This document shows positions 39,801 to 50,219 of a stretch of 64,000 bases of DNA, in pieces. The notes below the pieces were generated by a model. The model ran no database searches. It saw only the letters and a list, made by a program, of their open reading frames with translations, and was not told the DNA's origin. Both the position numbers and the translations under genes were made by a program. The DNA is from Antedon mediterranea (Eukaryota > Animalia > Echinodermata): assembly GCF_964355755.1 (NCBI RefSeq), contig NC_092678.1, positions 16,659,881-16,723,880 on the forward strand, written 5' to 3'. Numbering within the stretch: position 1 is the stretch's first letter; each line of letters starts with the position of its first letter.

Positions 39801-41593
39801 AGAAGAGGGGCAGTCATTGTGCTTACACAGCACGCACGTAAATTGACAATTGTGTTGGTATTTGTGATTATACCCCTTATGACATCTATCGCAGAAATAG
39901 TCAAATTTTAGAAAACCTTTCATTGTGGTTATGAGATCGTAATGATTAGAATGGTGATAAAGATATATCTGCTTCTTTCTATAATCGCCGCTAAAAATGA
40001 CAGAATTTAAATTGTCTTTTGAAATGACAATAATTTGGTAATTTGGTAATTTTGATTGCATCTTTTTTATTTCCTCGATGCCACATGTCTGCTCCCTAAC
40101 CCCCGAATCTCTAAGTAAATGAAAGGCGGCTATTTTTTGCTGACGCCAACCTTGCCTAACGTTATTCCATCTAGTTACGTTGTTAATTTTGTCTTCGAGC
40201 ATAGAAATACCCGTAACAATAGCGCGTGCGCAGCAGATAGTTTCGTTATCATCATTCTTAATCTTAATTATACATTTAGCATTTAACAATATGTCGATAC
40301 CGTTTCTTCTATAGCCCCCACCCCTAGGCATTCTCATGTGGAGAACGTTAAATTTAAACTTGTTATTAATAAAAATATCCGTTTTGGACTGAAGGACCTT
40401 CATAATGGCTGCAAAAATAACGTCAGCCGTAAGATGGCCCCTCCGTCCAAAAGGGATAGAGATAGGTGAATATAACCCCTCAGCCTGTATGACTATTCGA
40501 AGCATGTCGTCGACATGCACGTTAACGCAGACATTATCGACGACATGCTCGAAAATTCGATACAGTGTGGGCAGAAACACCTCTAAACTTTTATGATCAA
40601 TATTAAAAAAATTTACTAAAAAATCGCTAATAGTCGCGTTAAAACGTTGGTTATACCTATCAGCTAATTGAACGATTCTACAGAAGTGATTCAACTCTAC
40701 CTCATCAAGGTTAAGGTACTCGTCTTCAACAGTATCAATATCGGCAAATTCTTCTTCTTCTTCTCCGTCTTCGATTCTGAGCCTCTTTCTATTAACGCCC
40801 CTTCCGTATTGTATGGGTGCAGGCTGAAAACAAAAAGAGAAAAACGGTAAAGAAAATGAAATAAAAGACGTTGTACAACAACAACAACAACAGTAGTAAA
40901 GAAAATAAAACGATAGTTACCTCAATAATCGAAGACTCCGCTGAATCATTAATCTCGACATTTCCTCTCAAACTCAAACATTTGGTGTGAGCACCAACAC
41001 CGTACTATACAGAAAAAAAAAAAAAATAGATAAATTAGAAAGGAAAACGTATATAAACCGTAAACGCAGAAACACTTTGTAAATGCCCCAATTACATAAA
41101 CTACTACTTTATGAGATATACCCGGTAAAAAAAAAAAAATTTAAAATTAAATAAATAAATTAGAAAGAAACACAAAGAAGCCGTAAAACGCTGTAAACAC
41201 ACGTTCGGTTACACGCAATCTACTTTTTTAGAATTATACACGGTAAAATAAATAGTACGTTAAAAAAAAATAAAATAAACAAACACTTACTTCTACGTCA
41301 TCAATACGCAAATTAGCCGATAGCTCCTGCACTATCTCAATAGCATTATTACAAATATCCGAAAGTGAGAGGCTATCGGCTTCAGAAACACTCTGGCTAA
41401 CATCCAAATCAAGATCCTGGTCATTAAATACGAAATCTTCTAGTAGTCCAATATCGGGGATAACATCGTCGGTATCGATATTTTCGACATTATTTTGCGA
41501 TAAACTAACGATAGCTTCTACTGCTCTCTGGCATTCGATAAACAAGCTATCGTTAGAATCGGAAGATGATGAAGATGATTCGTTATGAGCCAT
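36894..41593 (-). CDS. polB: Protein-primed family B DNA polymerase, right copy; spliced complement(join(36894-40823,40921-41004,41291-41593)), ~1438 aa if repaired
   Basis: Same motifs as the left copy, plus FFGGRT. A -1 indel (~38893) and a compensating +1 indel (~38820), both in homopolymers, create a stop at 38862. GT-AG phase-0 introns. Confidence 0.93.
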
Positions 41594-41727
41594 TGTAAAA
41601 AAAAAAAAATCAGTAATAAGTCTAGAATAATCAGTAAGCGAATGAAGAATTACCCACACTTACGCTGTTTTTATACCATCCCATGACACTAATTACATTT
41701 AATAATATATGCAAACAAAGGTACTTG

Positions 41728-42148
41728 GAACTTCCTTTAGGAAATGTGTCCGCTATTAAGATTGGTCAAACAGCCCTTACATAATTAGGAAGACCCTCCC
41801 ACAACAGTGACCATTAGATTTAGCCTTCGACAAAACGGAAAAACATGGACCCCGGAAACACCTTAATTAAAACAACAAAGGGAAAAAATTGAGAGATGTA
41901 GTGAAAGGACAAATCAAAAATACGCGCCAGAAAAATAATTTATTATACCTAAACGGGAAGCACTGAAAGCAAGAACTTCCTTTAGGAAATGTGTCCGCTA
42001 TTAAGATTGGTCAAACAGCCCTTAAATAATTAGGAAGACCTTCCCACAACAGTGACCATTAGATTTAGCCTTCGACCAAACGGAAAACATGGACCCAGGA
42101 AACACCTTAATTAAAACAACAAAGGGAGAAAATTGAGAGATGTAGTGA
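41728..42148. repeat. Direct duplication of a ~176-bp upstream block (41728-41904 / 41973-42148) at the edge of arm homology
   Basis: gaacttcctttaggaaatgtgtccgctattaagattggtc...gagagatgtagtga occurs twice. Confidence 0.9.
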
Positions 42149-42194
42149 TACCTTTTTCCGGTCAATCGTTTCCGTGACACGTGCGAAACACAAC

Positions 42195-42749
42195 TTAAAT
42201 GTCCTCGCACAACAGCTTAAAAATAGCCTCTGAATTAATCAGGATATTTACAAGAAAATAAACGAAATGTCTATACCGAGGCAATGAACATTCTCCGTGC
42301 ATATTTAGTTCGTTGTAAACGGTATCGGCTGAAACATACTTCTTATCCAGAACCTCCCGATAAAAATAGTCAATCTGTTCTTCTAGAGACTTCATACAAC
42401 AAAAAACATGATCTTTTTGACTGCTCCTGTCAAATTCACAACCATAACAAGCCGCTTTACTTAACAACCAACACTGGCCTAACACTTGAGCAACAAACAA
42501 TTTTTTAATCAAACGTTCCATTTTCAACAAAAATTCTCTCTCCACCTCGTCCACGTACGTAAATATACAACTTGTAGGCCTGTTACTCTTCTCGACTCCT
42601 TCATCTATACCGGCGGGGATAACCTCTTCGGCCGCCATGTAACGATCATCTATATCACTGCCTGGAACAACAACACTATCCTCGTCATCGCTAATTATTA
42701 TAACAGTATCTACACAACTCCCTTGCGAAAAATATATACTTCCAGACAT
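42195..42749 (-). CDS. Uncharacterised 184-aa protein with a SIM-like motif and a CxGC..SQxxH..CC putative zinc site
   Basis: Intact ATG ORF oriented inward, with motifs VIIISDDEDS and CYGCEFDRSSQKDHVFCC. A paralogous N-terminus occurs at 43893. Confidence 0.7.
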   Translation of the reverse strand: MSGSIYFSQGSCVDTVIIISDDEDSVVVPGSDIDDRYMAAEEVIPAGIDEGVEKSNRPTSCIFTYVDEVEREFLLKMERLIKKLFVAQVLGQCWLLSKAACYGCEFDRSSQKDHVFCCMKSLEEQIDYFYREVLDKKYVSADTVYNELNMHGECSLPRYRHFVYFLVNILINSEAIFKLLCEDI

Positions 42750-42919
42750 AATGAAATACTGTAAAGAGATACTCTACGCAAAAATAGACAAAACAACTGG
42801 AGAATAGTACAACAATAACCGATTCACTTTGTTACACCATCTTAAATCGTAAATAAAGTAATGACGTCACTCACCACGTACCAGAACCTCGCGCCGAAAA
42901 ATTAATAAATATGAGACAA

Positions 42920-43195
42920 AGAAACACCTGGCGGAAATTACATAACTAATACAATAACAGGAAAAGAACGACCTTCATTAGAAACACCTGGCGGAAATTA
43001 CATAACTAATACATTAACTGGAAAAGAACGACCTTCATTAGAAACACCTGGCGGAAATTACATAACTATTACAATAACAGGAAATGAATGACCTTCATTA
43101 GAAACACCTGGCGGAAATTACATAACTATTACAATAACAGGAAATGAATGACCTTCAATAGAAACACCTGGCGGAAATTACGTAATCAGGAAATA
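42920..43195. repeat. 60-bp tandem repeat, about 4.5 copies
   Basis: agaaacacctggcggaaattacataacta.tacaataacaggaaa.gaa.gaccttcatt repeated. Confidence 0.95.
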
Positions 43196-43326
43196 CACAA
43201 GGTCATTTTCTGTCTGAAGTCCCACTACTTCTACTCCTACAGGTCCAGGTTTGAAGGCACCATTTTCTTCCGTTTGATAAAATTCTCTGAGGCAAACATA
43301 AACAACTTCACCCCAGCGCTGGGCCA

Positions 43327-43893
43327 CTACATGGCGTTTTTCAGACAGAAAATCCTGTTTGTTGATGTTATTGTAATCTTTGGTTCAGCACCGGTCATTT
43401 CGGCATAATCCTTGGCGCTCATTCCTGGGGCAGAGTGAAATGTTTTTTTACTTGTTGACGGCTTCGTTGCTTTACTCAAATCGTTAGATTGACCGTTGAA
43501 AAATTTTCTAGGATCCAATAATTTCGAGGAGTTAGAAGTCATCGTTGGTACTTTAAAACTGCTACACTCGTCAGTTTTAGAGCTCCTCATAACTCTTTTC
43601 ATAGTCCTACGAGCCTTCTCACCAATTGCTAATTTTGGAGCAGGTACTTTTTTTAAACTCATATTGAGCGATTGTATGTAGAGTGATGTACAGAGAGAGT
43701 GAAACGAACGTAAATATACAACTTGTATCGCGGCTACCCCTCTCAACTCCTTCATCAACACCGGTATACCCTCATTGGTCCGCATGTACCGATCACCGAT
43801 ATCGTTACCTGTAACAACAGTCTCCTCATCATCGGTAATAATTATAACTGTATCTACACAGCTACTTAACGAAAAATCTATACTTCCAGACAT
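43327..43893 (-). pseudogene. Chimeric ORF: degraded paralog of the 184-aa ORF N-terminus fused to a basic, Lys/Ser-rich ORF
   Basis: MSGSIDFSLSSCVDTVIIITDDEE matches the 42749 ORF, then shifts frame. From MSLKKVPAPK onward the sequence is unrelated and basic. Confidence 0.5.
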
Positions 43894-44249
43894 AGCGAAA
43901 TACTGTAACTCTACGTTAAAATAGACGAAACAACTGAAAAGGTCACAAAAAGCAGTCCCTCTTCTTACAATGTCTAAAAAGAAACGGCTCTAAAATATCA
44001 AAAACAAAACTATTGTACCAAACAAAAAGACCAATGAACAAAAGAAATTAGGATATACTAAACAAAGGTGACCTATGCAATAGTCAAACCGCCTAAAAAT
44101 AACAACAGCAATCCTCAAACAAAGAACTACCTTCACTAATATATTTAAATTACAAATTCATCACCAACTACAATTATAACCCAGGCCAAAACGAAAACCC
44201 CGCCAAAATAACAAACCCCCTTCTCTAACAAAGAATGACCGCTAATTAA

Positions 44250-44428
44250 TATTACAATAACAGGAAATTAAACAATAGAAAATATAATATAAACCCTGGG
44301 GATATGACATTCCTTTCGGGTCTGGTACAAAGAGTGACCTTTCACTAATTATTATTACAATACCTGGAAATTAAACAATAGAAATATGAAATATGCCCTG
44401 GGGGTATGACATTCCATTCGGGTCTGGA
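44250..44428. repeat. Right subterminal ~103-bp tandem repeat, 2 copies
   Basis: attacaata.c.ggaaattaaacaatagaaa...ccctgggg.tatgacattcc.ttcgggtctgg occurs twice. Confidence 0.85.
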
Positions 44429-44882
44429 ATACTTCTGCCCTGGGTGTATAAACTTATATTTTGGCCTGGTTTACTCCCTATACTACTCGCATAGTGTATA
44501 AATAGGAATGTTATCGCTATTATTGATACATTTTAGACATTTTGCGAAAAATCGCTGTACAGACATTCCTTTTCTTCAAACAATGGCCATGCGCATGTTA
44601 TATAATGTGACAATTTGTTTTGCACATCAACTTAGAAATTAATGGGCACATTTTGTTTTGAAAAAAAGCAAAGCGACACAAAAATTAAATCAACCGACAA
44701 CACATTAAAAAAAAATATACTGTAAAGGCCTGCTTATTATAATCTATAACAATATGGCAAAATAATTGAATTTTGAAATTAATTAACATAACATACGGTA
44801 TATATTTACCGATGTAGATTGGTAAAAGATAGTGTAGTAGGAAGATAAGCCGCCTCTCACGACGAGTAGGGATACAATCATT

Positions 44883-45002
44883 AACAAGGCCATATACATG
44901 GCTGCAGTCTCGTGCTCAAGTTAGTGTTTACCGACCAACCTACTACCGACCGACCAACCGACCGACACTGAGCTGTAGAGTCGCGTTGCACACGACTAAA
45001 AA
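44883..45002 (-). mobile_element. Short HINE-like element, same family as 10132-10840
   Basis: Reverse complement matches both ends of the 10132 element, joined through the (gtcg)n tract. Confidence 0.75.
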
Positions 45003-46179
45003 TCATTATACAGGCATACACATTGTATTTGTTTATTTCCTCTGATGAAGTCTTAATTATATGTATATATAAGTTAGTATACAGTAGTTTAATATTTATT
45101 ATCTTGCAAAAAAAAAAAAAACTGTTTTTAGTACATTTCTATTCTTTCATGCATACTATTAAAATAATTTGTTTTATAATTTTTAAAGGGTGCCACAGTT
45201 GCAAAGCTTTGCTTGTTCGTGGTTGCCCATTCCTTTTCATATTATAGCATTTGTTTTAAAATTGTTAAGAAAAAAAATATGATTTGGAATAAAGTGAAGG
45301 CAATTCAAAACAGATTGTGCTTGATCGAACGTTGATCTTATATATAATTGTGTGTGTATGTACAATAGAGGGTTTAAATATGTATAATTATTACAAAAAA
45401 ATGTCTCTAGTAGTGTAAATAATAAAATAAAATGGTTCAGTTGATTTGTAATAAAATAAAAACATTAAAATAAAAGAAATAAAAATAAAAGAAATAAAAA
45501 TATGGTAGATAGTACCTAAACAATTCTAGGTAATTAAACACAAATTTTTATTCCAAATCATAAAAATATGATTAATTTGCACTGTTTCGTCCCTAACTCG
45601 ACGTGCGAGGCGCCCTTGAAATAGTTTCTCGTGTTTATTTTCATTGATCGAATGGGAAGTGTGATATCTTAGGTCTGGTGTATTGTATTTGTTGTATGTA
45701 AGATTCCATAGATAAAGTAGGCCTATAATACTGCATTATTATTATAATTAATGTTCGCTTTTCAGTAATTATTAAAAGATAAAGTTTATTATTATGAGCA
45801 TTCCATAGGCCATGTAAAACAATAATTTGTTCAGCATCTCGATCCCAACTGATGAAATTAATTCCTAATTCCGAATTTCAGGAGCTCATGTGGGCCACTG
45901 TCCGTTTTGATGATATACCGTAACATCTCAAAAAGTAGCGCACCTCGAAAAAAGAACACCTCGAAAAGAAGCCGCTCCTTAGTTTGACAAAAAAATGTTA
46001 TCGGAAAGAAGCCCATCGAAATAAAGCCTGTTGGGATTATCGGGGCTTCTTTAAGGCTTCTTTAGGCCTATTAGTGTTTTTACCCCCATGTTGTGACAGT
46101 GCAACGGATGCTAGGCGAAGAAATTTGCTGACCGCTCGTTTTCCGTTGCTTTTACATTGCAATTTGCCAAGTAACATTA

Positions 46180-46281
46180 AGCCTGTTTCCTGTCGACGTT
46201 ATTCGACGCGCAAACGGTCGTCGTTGAACTGTTAACGATCAACGATGATAGCGTCGAATAACGTCGACAGGAAAACAGGCT
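46180..46281. mobile_element. Palindromic PIF/Harbinger-type MITE
   Basis: ~30-bp TIRs agcctgtttcctgtcgacgttattcgacgc with a TTA target duplication. Confidence 0.8.
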
Positions 46282-46977
46282 TTAGCAACGTGGATTACTA
46301 TAGTCTATATAAACTTTTAAATTAACAATTTAAAAATCAATTAAAGACTTTTATTTCAACTAATGTTATGACAGTATGTGAAGCGCCACTATAGAAAAGT
46401 GCGCTAAATAAGTGTTAATGTTAATACCTTAATTGATAATACTGTAGGCATATAACAGATGGTAACATGAACAGAATCATGGTTCAAGATTTGTTTGGCT
46501 GCTGCGATATATATTATTATAGTGGAATTGTATAACAGTAATTTAGTGATAATTGACCTATGACCTCTATCGTTCGTTTAACGTTGCTGGTACCAAATAT
46601 ATTGGATATGACGAATACTGACGAATAGACAGACGGTAGGCCTACTTACTTGCCGTGTATCTAATTATTTCCTTAGAAAAAAAACTTTAAAAACTTAAAC
46701 ATTTATTTATTTGGCCTTAACAAAAATATTGATGTAATTGTTGGTAACCGTATTGTTACAATTATGCCATACACGAGGTTTTGATAGGGTTGGTGAACCT
46801 ATTCTAACCTAGTCTATTATTAGTATAGCGTCATTATAGTAATGGGCTTTATTTGTCCATACTGGGAATTTTCTGTCCACAACGGAAAGAACAATAATTA
46901 TAATGGAAAAAAATACAACCTTCATAATTACAGATTTCACCAACCCCGATTTGTAACTTTGTTTGCTGTATCATGTT

Positions 46978-47490
46978 GTTATTAATTATTATTATTATTA
47001 TTATTTTATTTATATAGCGCTTTTCCAAATTAGTGTAAAATGATCAAAGCACTTTACATCAGCAGACCCAACAATGAGTTACTTCTTAGGAAATAGATGT
47101 GTATTGAGGGCTTTTTTAAATTTTAAAACCGTGGTTTGTCCCCGGATCACATACGGGAGTTCATTCCACATCACCGGTCCAAATTTTGAGAAGGTATTAT
47201 TTCCAGAAGTCTGCTTTTCGAGACAGTGATCCAATTTAGTGTGATCTATCTCGGACCTCAGGCCTCTCTTAGCACATCTAAACACCCGTAAGAAATTGCT
47301 CAGATAACAGGGCGCATTATTATTTATACAATTCTAGACATGAAGTAACACTATAAAAGTGATTCTACTTTCAACAGGTAACCAATGCAATTCATAAAGC
47401 AGAGGTCTAGAACTAACAAACATAGGTACTTGGTAAATTAACCTTGCAGCCCGATCCTGAAGCTTTTGTAATCTCGAAATGTAAGAGCCG
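46978..47490 (-). mobile_element. L2/CR1-group LINE 3' end
   Basis: Minus strand reads ISRLQKLQDRAARLI..LYELHWLPVESRI..APCYL..GPVMWNELP..FKKALNTHLF, followed by a tgtaaagtgcttt..agcgctatataaat 3' UTR and (AAT)n tail. Confidence 0.85.
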
Positions 47491-47579
47491 TATCAATGTA
47501 TAGTCTGATAAATATTCTGTGAAGAAATTATTACTGCATGCTTGGTATTGCTAATGCTTGCCCCCCCCCCCCCCCCCCG

Positions 47580-48165
47580 CTAGATAGATGCAATGTACGT
47601 TACGCAACGTTAGTGACCAATCACAAGCAATGGATTTTATGATTGTATTACTCACTTGCGCTGTGTATGCATTACGTCTCTAGTGGGAATCACTATTTAC
47701 TGTATGTAAACATTTATTAATGTTATAGATTTAAATAAATCAATAAATACAATTTGTTTTTTTGTTATTGTTATAAAATTGTCTGGTAATAAGGTAGGGC
47801 GCTGCTGTCTCATGTAAATATAATACTATTTCTGTATAATTATTTGATAAATGGCAATTAGGCCTACACTGATGCCCCTGTCGAAAGACAATCTCTAACT
47901 TAGGCGTGTGGCGCAGTGTGTTTGACGTTGGAATACTGATCGTGAGACCGAGGTTCGAATCCAACTCTCGCCGCATTGTTTGTATCTGTAGGCAAGATAC
48001 TTGACTTACGTTTGCCTCTCTTCACCCAGGAGAATTAATAATTGTTTGAATTAATAAATGTTTAATTAAGTAAGTAAGTAAATCGTGATTCCCACTAGAG
48101 ACGTAATATATACACAGCGCGAGTGAGTAATAACATCATAAAAACCATTGCTTGTGAATGGTCAT
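47580..48165. repeat. Two inverted partial copies of a Harbinger-type MITE (47580-47692 and 48085-48165)
   Basis: ctagtgggaatcac and gtgattcccactag with adjoining ~80 nt are reverse complements, related to 63372-63550. Confidence 0.65.
47903..48030 (+). mobile_element. Truncated tRNA-derived SINE
   Basis: A box TGGCGCAGTG, B box GGTTCGAATCC, then a non-tRNA body (ggcaagatactt..tgcctctcttcacccagg). Confidence 0.75.
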
Positions 48166-48928
48166 CAAGATCAAGACACAACTTTGCGCTGATTACTAGC
48201 TGTATTATGGAAGTATGTTTCCATACGTGTTTGATCCAAAAAAATGACTGGGGTAATAATGTTCATCGCATAGAGGTTTCATTACATTAGGCGCTTTATA
48301 AATCCTGGATATTATTATTATTAACTTAAAGACACTGTCAGTCTGCTTGATTGGATTGAAGTAGGCCCAGAATATTGGGACAGACAGACAGACAGACAGA
48401 CTTATTAATACCGAAATGAAATTGTAACAAAGCCTCTACCAAAAAAATGTAAAATCTCTAAATATGTAAATGAATTATTAACAAGTTAAGACGATTTAAA
48501 AACAGCTACGCCCGAATTACTTTATAAACTTGAAAACGATGAATCAAGCCTTTGTGTGAGTAGAGTAGTGTGTTGCAGAGAAGGATTGTATGTAGGTCCC
48601 TAATTTGTTGAGAAGTATCAGAGTAAAGACAGTATGTGAGTTGCTGATTGGAGGACAAGTGTGCATATGAATACATTTTGTTGAATAAGAGAGTTGAATG
48701 AAAAAAGAATGAGATAGAGAAGAGTGGCCATGTTGAGCAAAGAAACAACAAAATAATTTGATTTATTTATCCACCAGCAGATTAGCTAAGGAGTGAAATG
48801 TGGTTTATCAAATCAACATACATAAACATAAAAAATAACAATGTTTATGTGTGTTCAATATGAACATAATGAACGTTTGCTTAAACATAGATATTTTATC
48901 TGAAGCAGATAAGAAGAATTAATAATTA

Positions 48929-49946
48929 CTAGACTATGGTTCGCTCGCGTACCATCTAGGTCGTGTTCACAGATGGTACTCAAATACACAGTAATTTCAG
49001 CGTAAAAAAAACTGGTGATTTCAAATGTACGTACCGCATGCCTATAAATACATTGTCGTTTTCAGAAACGAATAAATAGGCACGATGAAAAATGAGTCCA
49101 ATTTTTTTATCTTAACTCATTTAAACAAACCCAATTTGTGTTTAGTATATAACATTAGAGTTGTGGGATGGGGAAGAGGATTGGAAGAACAATTTTTAAA
49201 TATATGTTCTATCCACTCAGTGACGAAATATTGTTTTAAATGCTATATCAATAATATACCACTAAACACAGTAAAACATTTACGATTTATAATACTTTTT
49301 TAAAACTGATTCAAAAGGCGACTAAAAATGGTTAATACGTATTTACAATATTGCCAAAGTATTACAATATTATATCTCCGTTGTAAATTTATTCTCCAAG
49401 GGCCCAAAATGTACTTGTGTTAAACCAAGGGCCCATAAATGTACCTACTTGTGTTAAACCAAGGGCTCATAAATTTACCTACAAACTGAGAGTCCGAGAG
49501 ATTGGAATGTTCCATTCATCGCAAATCAATACATTTGTATAAACGTATAATATTAAATCTATCAAAATAGTATTTTTTTAAAGAAAAATCGGCCTGTCTT
49601 TAACATTATGATTCTGTACTCGAGCTGTTCAAACGGTTTTTCAGCTATTAAAATCAATTATCGTATTATTGTGTGCAGGTGTTTTTCAATAGGACATCCA
49701 TCTAGACAGTGTATACCACGATTGGAAAACACCCCTATTTGGGGCAAATCGTTGAACCTAAATTCGTTTTAATTGTCAATAACTAATTATCTAACTCAAT
49801 TTAATTAGTAAACAGGGTTACATCAGGTGGTTAAAATAAGTACCGATATTCTAACCAACTTTATATACCATCATTGAGTAAACCTTCTAGAAATAACGCG
49901 CGATTTACCGAATGCACTTGCACTTACGTAAATTTATATATATAGA
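48929..49946 (-). mobile_element. Non-autonomous Helitron, second diverged copy
   Basis: Colinear with 3015-4346, with the same TC...CTAG termini between A and T; the hairpin is partly deleted. Confidence 0.85.
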
Positions 49947-50199
49947 TTATGTGTAACAACTAATGACAAAATGGAGACTTTAACATATGTACTCGTATAC
50001 AATCAATCAACTTCTCTCAACGGTTTATAAACAAATAAATAATTAATCAAAGGATATGTCTGACAATTCAATTAAACGTTTACAAACTTAACAACACGTA
50101 TCGGAAGTGATTATTTCAGGTGTGTTTAGTGGCGATTGAACGGTAAAGTAAACATTATTGAACAAACGCTTTTGTATCAGCGGCACACGTTTATAAGAC

Positions 50200-50219
50200 C
50201 ATGGAGGTATACCTCCATG
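50200..50219. mobile_element. 20-bp perfect palindrome flanked by a 7-bp direct repeat, possible transposon remnant
   Basis: ataagac|catggaggtatacctccatg|ataagac. Confidence 0.5.

Larger units (their letters stand above)
29677..41967. repeat. Giant inverted repeat with ~6.1-kb arms and a 65-nt central spacer
   Basis: ttcagtgcttcccgttt (29677) pairs with aaacgggaagcactgaa (to 41967). The innermost pair is 35831-35850 / 35916-35935. Confidence 0.97.
28239..44487. mobile_element. Quasi-palindromic Polinton/Maverick-related element with two convergent pPolB genes and no recognisable integrase or virion genes
   Basis: AGTAGT at 28239 and ACTACT at 44482-44487 are Polinton-type termini, each next to subterminal repeats. 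Inverted arms run 29677-35850 and 35916-41967. The T/A strand skew flips at the centre. Confidence 0.8.

Noticed and set aside
30993-40596. Small antisense or alternate-frame ORFs overlapping polB
   Set aside because: Shadow ORFs of a long coding sequence with no independent evidence.
29677-41967. Inverted repeat as a pure sequencing fold-back artefact
   Set aside because: The arms differ by many substitutions, an in-frame indel, repeat copy number and private bulges. Not fully excluded without reads.
42920-43195. 60-bp array read as a CRISPR array
   Set aside because: Whole units are near-identical with no unique spacers.
47903-47975. tRNA gene
   Set aside because: A and B boxes are present, but I could not build a clean cloverleaf and the sequence continues into a SINE-like body.
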